Shown piece after piece: positions 55,611 to 64,000 of a stretch of DNA of 64,000 nucleotides. The position numbers were made by a program, and so were the translations under genes. The stretch lies in the NCBI GenBank assembly GCA_951406725.2, contig OX597817.1:63550001-63614000 (forward strand), given 5' to 3'. Source of the stretch: Octopus vulgaris. Lineage: Eukaryota. The notes beneath the pieces were generated by a model. It was not told the origin of the DNA. It ran no database searches and saw only the letters and a list, made by a program, of their open reading frames with translations. Within the stretch, counting starts at the first letter, position 1. Each line of letters opens with the position of its first letter.

Positions 55611-56023
55611 ACTCTCTTTTAACTCTCTTTAACTTGTTTCAGTCATTTGACTGTGGCCATGCTGGAGCACCGCCTTTAATCGAGCAAATCGACCCCGGGA
55701 CTTATTCTTTGTAGGCCCAGTACTTATTCTATCGGTCTCTTTTGCCGAACCGCTAAGTGACGGGGACGTAAACACACCAGCATTAGTCGTCAAGCAATGC
55801 TAGGGGGACAAACACAGACACACAAACACACACACATACATATATACATATACATATATACGACAGGCTTCTTTCAGTTTCCGTCTACCAAATCCACTCA
55901 CAAGGCATTGGTCGGCCCGGGGCTATAGCAGAAGACACTTGCCCAAGATGCCACGCAGTGGGACTGAACCCGGAACCATGTGGTTGGTTAGCAAGCTACT
56001 TACCACACAGCCACTCCTGCGCC
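55611..56023 (-). mobile_element. SINE family A, full length
   Basis: Same structure as 18751-19194; looks close to the other full copies. Confidence 0.93.
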
Positions 56024-56279
56024 TATATATTTAACGAGACTAAGTTCGAATTATCGTTCAGACTACATTCCCCTATACAATAAGTTAAATTCTTTTATGT
56101 TCAGCTGTTCCTTGAAACTAATAAAGCTCCCTTTTGAAACATTGGAACTTTATTGCTATTTTTAACGGTAATTCTAATTCAATAAAACACAACAACTGAA
56201 GCACTGGTGAAAAAAACGATACCTTTGAATTTGCACGAGAGCAAGGTATCGTCTGCTTTCAATGTTAAGTCCAGTCTAG

Positions 56280-56925
56280 AAATTGCTCTAATTTTCGGCA
56301 TCAGTTATCAAAGAGTGAGTTCAAAATTGTATACAAGGAACTTTTTTTTCACATGAGAGTCGAAGTTTGTTGCGTTAAACATATTTGGAACATTCACAGA
56401 ATTTGCTTTCATCAGATTATATTATACATGTTATTGATGCCCCCAAAATTCATCTTCCTCCTTGCAGTTACTGTTCCTCTTTAGCCCAGTTAAATAGTTT
56501 GGTCTTATTAGCTTTTGAAATCATTGGGGTTTTTTTCTTTTGTAACTCTTGGTCCATATCCTTAGTTTTTCTATAATATTCGTATGCAGTGTGGTGACAT
56601 ATCCACGGAATTTGTAACATCTCTAACAACTGCAAGATGATGTTTTAATAATTTCCATCTTAACTACCACTTTTACTTCCTCAAAAAATTTCTGCGGCTT
56701 CCCAGATTTCTTCTTCACTCGGTATTGTCCTTTTTCAATTCACCTCTCTGTTATGCTATTCACTGTTTTCATCAATGGCTTTCATTGTTGTATTTTATAA
56801 ATTAAAAGTTGCAATTAAACAATAAACGCAACTGAGCTCGTATATGTACTTTAAAAAAAGAGAAGACATCTAAATGATAAAAATGAAAAAGCAACGGGCA
56901 GTTAAAAACTTTTCGTAGGCCACTG
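56280..56925 (-). mobile_element. Degraded Tc1-like fragment
   Basis: TA|CAGTGGCCTACGAAAAGTTT terminus at 56925; remnant KKKSGKPQK (GRP-like motif). Confidence 0.55.
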
Positions 56926-57136
56926 TATACATATACATACATACATGCATACTACATGCACACATATACGTATATATACATATGTATGTTTGTATCTATG
57001 TACGCATGTATGTATGTATGTATGTATGTATGTATGTATGTATGTATGTATGCATGTATGTATGTCTAGAATGTAGCCGCACGTGATTATTGGCAATTCT
57101 TTTCCTCCTTCGTCTTGGACTTTACTGTTTCTTCCT

Positions 57137-57171
57137 GTTTCCGAAGAAGAGCTATGCTCGAAATGTAAAAC
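57137..57171 (+). ncRNA. Minimal PLE-type hammerhead-like motif
   Basis: GTTT-CCGAAGA-A-GAGC-TAT-GCTC-GAAA-TG-TA-AAAC. Confidence 0.7.
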
Positions 57172-57319
57172 TTCACTTTTCTTTCTCTGAGCGTGTTATT
57201 AATACATAGCCTGTGCTACGTCCAAACGTTTGCTTTTTTCCTTTTATTTCTTTTTCTCTGTTTTTTAAAAAAAAATTATATATATGTGTGTGTGTCTGTG
57301 TGTGTGACTGTCACTACAT

Positions 57320-57357
57320 AAACCTGATGATTGCGTAACGCATAAAAGTACTAGCTT
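57320..57357 (+). ncRNA. Degenerate hammerhead-like motif (G12 to A)
   Basis: AAC-CTGATGA-TTGCG-TAA-CGCAT-AAAA-GTAC-TA-GCTT; palindromic AGTACT stem III. Confidence 0.55.
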
Positions 57358-57471
57358 ATTTTAATATTGTAAAATCGTAAAAACTGCAAATAATAAAACG
57401 TGAAAATCAGTCTTAGTTGGAATACCATTAATCAATACATTCTTCTATACACAATCATATACAAACTCGGA

Positions 57472-57539
<68 letters not shown>

Positions 57540-57540
<1 letters not shown>

Positions 57541-57940
57541 TAGTTTAAGTCGCACGAACCAGCGTTGGACAAATTCGGGTACACTCGGATGTGGGATGAC
57601 CTTTCGCTGTGGAACAAGAAAATTCTCCTAGACAGCATGTGTGAAAATAAATAAAGGTGTGAACGACGTCATAGGTTTTACGCACATCGGCAATGTTTGC
57701 TTCAAAGCTTTGAAAAGGAGAGTTGGTATTCGTAACTGATTACGCGAATAATGCAGAGAAGCATGAGTCTTACGATCCAATGACGTCATTCACAGCAGAA
57801 TGTGTTTTCATACATGTTTTCATTGGAGATTATTTCCGCAGTAAAAGGTTTTCCCACGTCCCAGTGTACGAATATGTTAAATATTACTTTACACGAATAC
57901 ACATTTTTACATACAAACATTCTTAGTATATTCATAAATA
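57540..57940 (-). mobile_element. Possible non-autonomous Helitron (different family)
   Basis: CTAG end within (AT)n at 57540 with nearby short hairpin CCAGCGTTGG. Confidence 0.35.
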
Positions 57941-58079
57941 TATACATATATACACACACATACACATACACATACATGCACTCACACACACACATGTATG
58001 AGATAGTATTATCTATATGCCGGCCCTCACCTCATTAAGAGAAAGCATTCCCGTCAGGTTGTAAAGTTAACAAACCCGT

Positions 58080-58600
58080 TCTATCTTTTTGCTTAGGATT
58101 GCGTAGGTAGGATCTTAGATTCATTGATAAGCATTTTTCAGAGGTACATAATTGCCAATAAATTTCCAACAGGCACTCTTTTAAAGTTTTCTTTAGCTGG
58201 GCACCTGACATAATTCAAATTTCAGCAAATAAACTTAAGCCAAACGTGGTGGAAACAGCTTATGCAAAGTTACCAACATAATGCCACTAAACAGTCAAAG
58301 TAAAATAGAGGTTGTCGTGCAGGAAGCGAAGGAAGTATCAAAGGATCCTACCGAGTGACGCAAGTGCACAAATATTTGAGTGCAAGGGAAGGCTCCTTGC
58401 AGAGCAGGCTCAACAACAATCACAAGTCCTCTTTAAAATCTAAGTAAGGCGTAACAGGATAACATTGGTGAGATACATATGACTATTGAAAGAAAATGTT
58501 GCGCAATATGATCTGGAGATCATTGGAAAAGTGCAGACCTTATCTGAACAACAGTATTAGGCTTCAGATTTCCTTAGCATAAAATATTATCCTAAAACAT
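58080..58600 (+). mobile_element. Penelope-like GIY-YIG endonuclease remnant
   Basis: FIDKHF..NRHSFK, KYLSAREGSLQSRLNNNHKSS, RNRITLVRYI*LLKEN, IWRSLEKCRPY. Confidence 0.75.
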
Positions 58601-59889
58601 TCACCCAGGGGCCTTCCTGGACTCTAACAGCGAAATTTTTGCCCTTGTTCTCACGTCCAGAAATATATTCTAGCTAACTGATTCTTTCCATCTTTGTAGT
58701 CTATATGTATATACATATATATACGCACACACACATACGCACACTCACACACATACACAAACACAAGCACATTTATACGTAAGTCTTCGTGTAAAGATGC
58801 ACATACAAATACATTTTGTGCATATATGTGTACAGTTTGATATCGATATTTAGGAATCTGTTGCATAGTCACTCGAACTGGTTGAAATATCAGATTAGTG
58901 ATCTTCAAATGCCTCCATGCCTTCTTGGAAACGGATGCACTTGTTCAACAACGTAGAGAAATCTTACGAGCAAACATAAATGAAATAAACATGGCTGGAA
59001 CGCTTTTGATCATAGATCTGTTTCATCATGTGACTTGGAGTTGAACAACAACAACAACAGCAAGAACAACAACTATTTATTAGACAATTAATTTTATCTT
59101 TTATCCTTTTATGTTGATTATTATGTGTTTATGAATAAATTCTGGCGATAGATTTGTTAATAGTCTTTGGATCTCAACTTATAGCAATAACTGAGAAATT
59201 TCTGCTGTCGCATAACAATGGTCAATTATATCTCTATACGTATTAGTATTTTATTCTGCTGCATAGCAAACCTCTTTTGTTTGCTCTTATGAAAGATAAA
59301 TAACGTAATATTATTACGATTACTATTATTACTATTATTTTTGTTTCTTGATTTGGCAAAGAAAGAAAATTTAACAACCATACCGAAGATTAAAAAAGTC
59401 TGTGAAAAATACACCGTTGGCATCAATTAAAAATTATAATATAAACAGGATAATTTTGCATCCAAATATTTGCAACTGAAACGAAAAAATAATGGCTTTA
59501 CTCTTGATAACGATTGCACTGAAAATGTTGTTTTAGTGACTCTTTTGGTTGCAGCGGCACCAACTACTACAAAAGCTAAAGCAAAGCACTTTTGCAGATT
59601 TCGCTTCCCGTAAGCAAATTTCGGACATGGCCGTATCCTACCACAGAAAGAAATCTTTCAACAGTGTGTTACAAAATGTAATACCTTCTTGCCCAAGGAA
59701 TTCGTCCAAGAGTGACAATAAGAAAAGTGACATACCTAATCTACAAGAAGACAGGTGGAGCATTCTGTGAGCCTTCGGAAGACAAACTGAAGGAAAACCA
59801 GGACGATACGTGGGTGGTTGAATTATCCATTGACTAGAAATGAGGTTTAGGCATTGTCTTTTAGTTTGAGGGCGAGGTAAAATAACACT

Positions 59890-59943
<54 letters not shown>

Positions 59944-60204
59944 TAAAGACCCTCCAAGCTTGTCCGACAGTATATGCACTTACACAATTGAAGACTAACA
60001 GGAGCATTAGCAGTAATATTAAACCTCGGCTCGTTGTTAACTTTCTAACGCAGTAAGGGCAAAGGTAACGGAAAATGACATGTGCTCAACAGAAAATCCA
60101 GTTGTTATATTTTTGGTGGCAATAGCAACTTGCAGGCTTTTTGTCCCGAGATTCTGGAATGAGAGAGGAAGTGTATGTATATGTGTGCGTACGTGTATGT
60201 GTAT

Positions 60205-60255
<51 letters not shown>

Positions 60256-60889
60256 CAGAGAGAGAAACAGAGACGGCCAGAAGCAGAACCAACAACAAAA
60301 CAGCAGGATCGAGCAGTATCTTCAAATAACACTACCAATCGTTGGCCTTGGTCCCGAAACGGACCATACAGAACCTCCACTCCCATTTCAGGAGTACTGG
60401 TCCATTCATTTCGGGTAGTATGAAGAGAAAATTAAAGCTAGAGAGGACTGGCAGATCACTGCCGAAGAAAAGAAAGAAAGAAAGAAGGAAAAAAAAGCAA
60501 CAGATAAAGTCAGCGTATGAGGAAAAACGCACGGAAAAGATCCTACTTTGCGGAGGAACAAAAAATACACAGACCTGAGAACGATCGACGCCATACTGAG
60601 ATTATGGCTGATCTCATACAAATATATATATATATATATAAAAAAAAGAAATTCACGGTGACGATGTGGAGCCGATATAGAGGAAACAACAGGGCGGTGA
60701 TATCGGAAGCTGAACTCTAAGTTTGTTATTGTATAAAACAAAAGCGAAGGAGACATTGAACCCTTTTTTAACATAGTCAACACAATAAAAGCACAAGCAC
60801 ACATTTGTGTGCACTGTGTTACAATACAATGACTGCTAAATGACTAGAGTCGTTGGGTGTTGAAACAACTATTCAGTTGCTCTACTGTG

Positions 60890-61018
60890 GACATTAAATG
60901 TTTCCGTTTACCAAATCTTCTCAGAAAGCTTTCGTTGACTCAGAGTTATAGTGGAAGACACTTGCCTTAAAGCGAAACTATGTGGTTGGGAAGTAAACTT
61001 ACCTCACAGCCATGCTGT
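60890..61018 (-). mobile_element. SINE family A, degenerate 5' part
   Basis: TTTCCGTTTACCAAATC..GAAGACACTTGCC..TGTGGTTGGGAAG..CACAGCC. Confidence 0.7.
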
Positions 61019-61086
61019 GCAATAAGAATACAAATGGGGAAGAACTCAATGTTGAGTATGATTTCTTAAAAATATAAATGGGAGTT

Positions 61087-61308
61087 GCTGGTTGTTGTGG
61101 TGTGCTCCTGTAATCCAGCTATTCGGAGGCTTGACTGGTTAGCCGGTTTGAGGATTGAAGTCTTGGTAGTCGGTCTTCTATGACAATCGGGTGTCCGCGC
61201 TAATTTGGTACTGGAGAGGGAGCTTATCAAGACTAGATTGTCCAAGGAGAGTCGATTCGGCCCAGGACGGAAAAGCAGCAAGCAAAAGACCCCGTGTTCA
61301 ACTGCATC
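61087..61308 (+). pseudogene. 7SL (SRP) RNA-derived sequence, internally deleted and 3'-truncated
   Basis: GCTGG..TGTGGTGTGCTCCTGTAATCCAGCTATTCGGAGGCT (Alu domain), CTATGACAATCGGGTGTCCGCGCTAA, and GGCCCAGGACGGAAAAGCAGCAAGCAAAAGACCCCGTG (helix 8, GGAA loop) are collinear with metazoan 7SL. Confidence 0.88.
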
Positions 61309-61323
61309 TTATTTTCTGAGTTG

Positions 61324-61842
61324 TGGACGCACATGGCTTAGTGGTTAGAGCAGCGGACTCGCGGTTGAGTGACCGTGGGTTCGAATCTCAGACAGGGCGA
61401 TGTATGTGTTTATGAGCGAAACGCCTAAGCCTCACGCGGCTCCGGCAGAAGGTAATGGCGAATTTCTGCTGACTCTTTCGCCACAGCTTTCTCTCACTCT
61501 TTCCTCCTGCATCTTGCAGCTCACCTGCGACGGACCGGCGTCCTTTGTTGTTGTTAAGCAACAAGACGGATAAGAGTGATTAGGTGATGGTCTAGGGCTT
61601 AGGGGCGGGAAATCCCAGACCTTGGAAAAAAAAACTTTAGTCGTCTTGTTGTAGTCGAGGGCTCTTCGTTGAAGCTCGACACCACTGGGAGGTGGCCCTC
61701 GAAGTCGCTGGAAATGGAAATCTCAAGGTCCAAATTCTTGAACGGTGGACCGGCGTCCCGTCTAGGTGGGGAACCTATACGCCAAGGAAACCGGGAAACC
61801 AGCCCTTATGAACCAGGCATGGCTCGAGAAGGAACAAACATA
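61324..61842 (+). mobile_element. tRNA(Arg-like) SINE interrupted by a LINE tail; candidate 9-bp TSD
   Basis: TGGCTTAGTGGTTAGAGCAGCGGACTCGCGG..GGGTTCGAATCT; TCTGAGTTG at 61315-61323 and 61843-61851. Confidence 0.85.
61544..61746 (-). mobile_element. 5'-truncated retroelement tail with (AAC)n end and 12-bp TSD
   Basis: GGACCGGCGTCC duplicated at 61532-61543 and 61747-61758; minus strand ends ...TAACAACAACAAA. Confidence 0.85.
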
Positions 61843-61849
61843 TCTGAGT

Positions 61850-62120
61850 TGCGTGACCTAGTGGTTAGGGTGTTGCACTCGCGATCTTGCGATGGTGGTT
61901 TCCATTTCCAAACCAGCGCGCGTCGTGTTCTTGAGTAAAACCCCTTATTTTACGTTGCTCCAGTCAACTCAGCGATGGACTAGCATCCCAATCAGTGGAG
62001 AATGTTGGTCTACCCGCCTAACCAGCAGGGGAAGGATTTTGAAGACTAAAACAATTCAAGAAACGCATTGTGGCCAGCGATGTACGACCATAGCCAAAAG
62101 TCTGGTCGATAGAGTGATAT
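61850..62120 (+). mobile_element. tRNA-headed SINE (same family as 52513-52806)
   Basis: GCGTGACCTAGTGGTTAGGGTGTTGCACTCGCG..TTCTTGAGTAA..GTTGCTCCAGTC. Confidence 0.8.
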
Positions 62121-62251
62121 AAGACAGTGTATTGAGGGTAATTACGCTGCTATTTCTAAAGGATTGAACAACCAAATGTAGGCTTCTCGAAGGCTCGTCT
62201 AAGTAAACCCGCAAGCATACTTGTGTTGAAGAAAGTGGTCGCTTGACTTTA

Positions 62252-62690
62252 TAGAAATAGCAGCCAAATGACCCTCGAACTACAACTTACCCTCTTTCTT
62301 AAGCCTAAAAGTATTCACTTGACAATATAGTCCGTGACATAGTAGTATTCTGGATGGTCATGCTTGGGACCCGTTTGATCTTTTAGAAATAGCGGATAAA
62401 TCTCCGTAAAACAACATCTACCATCTTTCTTAAACCTTAAAGTGTTCACTGGACACTGTAGTCTCTGGAACAGAAGAATCCCGGATGGTCACGAGTGGAC
62501 CTTAGAGAAATAGCAGCCAACCCCTACCCCATTCAAATTACAGCTTACTAACTTTCTTAAGCCTAAAATATTCTCTGGACAATGTAGTCCATGGAGTAGA
62601 AATTGACTAGACGGTCACGCCAGTGAGTCCTTTGTCAGTTATTATATTTGATCAGGACATACCAGGAAATACACAAGAACAACAAAACTT
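62252..62690 (+). repeat. Three diverged tandem ~120-135 bp units
   Basis: AGAAATAGC..CTTTCTTAA.CCT.AAA..GAC..TAGTC..GGTCA at ~62252, ~62383 and ~62505. Confidence 0.8.
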
Positions 62691-63204
62691 ACAATAAAGA
62701 TAAGTGTCCTTTTGAATTGAGTGTAAAAGATCAATACTATTGATTAACAAAGTCACCTGCCTGCTCTTTGAGTGTTCCTTAGTTCAAATTCCTTTCTGTC
62801 CTCGTTTTATTGTTCCATTTTCTGCGTGGGCTGCGGTGTGGGAGAAGGTCGATAAATATAAGTAAAGCTAGTTACTATTGATATAACATAAAATCGATCA
62901 AGATCATATTATTTATTTATTTATTTCTCTATCTATCTCTCTATTATCTATCTATTGATATATCTATCACTATGCTTCTCTGCCTATCTAATTATTTATT
63001 TCCCTATCTTTCAACCTAAGTACCTACATAACAAGGCCATCTATCTATCTGGCTGTGTATCTATCTTTTAACCTGCCTGCTCCATGATTATGTATATATC
63101 TCTCTGTCTATCTATGTATTTATCTACCTAACTACGTACCTACCTACGTACCTACCTACCTACCTACCTACCTACCTACCTACCTACCTACCTGCCTACC
63201 TACC

Positions 63205-63273
<69 letters not shown>

Positions 63274-63274
63274 G

Positions 63275-63389
<115 letters not shown>

Positions 63390-63624
63390 GTCTGTATGTC
63401 TGTCTGTCTGCCTGTCTGTCTGTCAATGTGTCTGTCTGTCTTTTATATATGCACCCCTCTAATCTGCACCACAAAAATGCTCCTTGTTTACAGAGCAAAT
63501 ATCTATTGCTGCGGTTTGTTGATTTTAACACGGTACAAGTGAGGGTGGTGGTGGTGGGGGGCATTGGTGACTGATGTTTGTCGGTGACCTATTGTCGACG
63601 TCAGCAAAATCATTGCGATTGGGA

Positions 63625-63992
63625 TCGTCATCACCACCATCATCATCATCATCATCATCATCATTTTCACTCTCCCACCACTACCGTCATCACCACCACC
63701 ACCACCACCACCATCACCACCACAACCACCACCACCACCACTACCAACATTCCACACAATCATCATCATCCTTCTCGTCACTTCCACCAGTATCCATCAC
63801 CGCCATGACCATCACCTCCACTACCACAATCATCATCATCATCATCATCATCACATAAAAGCACGAAAGCCATTATCCTTATTCTCCTCACCATCATCAT
63901 GATCAATTTAACAGGACCATTACGATCACAATTAGTACCACAGCATTTATCATCATCGACCACCATGATTATCATCATCAGCATCACCATCT
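63625..63992. repeat. (CAT)n/(CAC)n low-complexity tract
   Basis: Seen directly in the sequence. Confidence 0.9.
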
Positions 63993-64000
63993 TGCTGATT

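Noticed and set aside
59500-60720. Possible host exon(s) in unique sequence
   Set aside because: Short ORFs with no recognisable domain or convincing splice context; could be UTR but cannot be supported
61087-61308. Functional SRP RNA gene
   Set aside because: The 3' strand of the Alu/helix 5 region is mostly missing and helix 6 is shortened; treated as a derived copy
62252-62690. CRISPR-like repeat-spacer array
   Set aside because: The units are homologous along their whole length with no unique spacers; eukaryotic context and no cas genes

Overview
This is eukaryotic, AT-rich, repeat-saturated DNA with no supportable intact host protein-coding gene. The tRNA-derived SINE families, dense (TA)n/(CA)n/(TACA)n/(TCTA)n microsatellites and the transposon mix strongly resemble an octopus (coleoid cephalopod) intron or intergenic region; this is inferred from pattern recognition, not a database hit. 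Nearly all ORFs in the supplied track are microsatellite translations. The real coding remnants are decayed transposons: an RTE LINE, L1/Tx1 LINEs, RLE-type (R4/Dong-like) LINE tails, several Penelope-like elements (PLE), mariner/Tc1 and hAT elements; non-autonomous Helitrons are also present. Main signals: (1) about ten type I hammerhead-ribozyme-like motifs with palindromic stem III, one with an intact core (28321-28406) inside a 348-bp inverted repeat of a PLE whose mirror copy has a core mutation; (2) a 7SL/SRP RNA-derived sequence (61087-61308) abutting a nested tRNA-SINE cluster; (3) non-LTR retrotransposon tails sitting inside tetranucleotide microsatellites; (4) several foldback structures. 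All alignments and translations were done by eye, so the boundaries of degraded elements are approximate.
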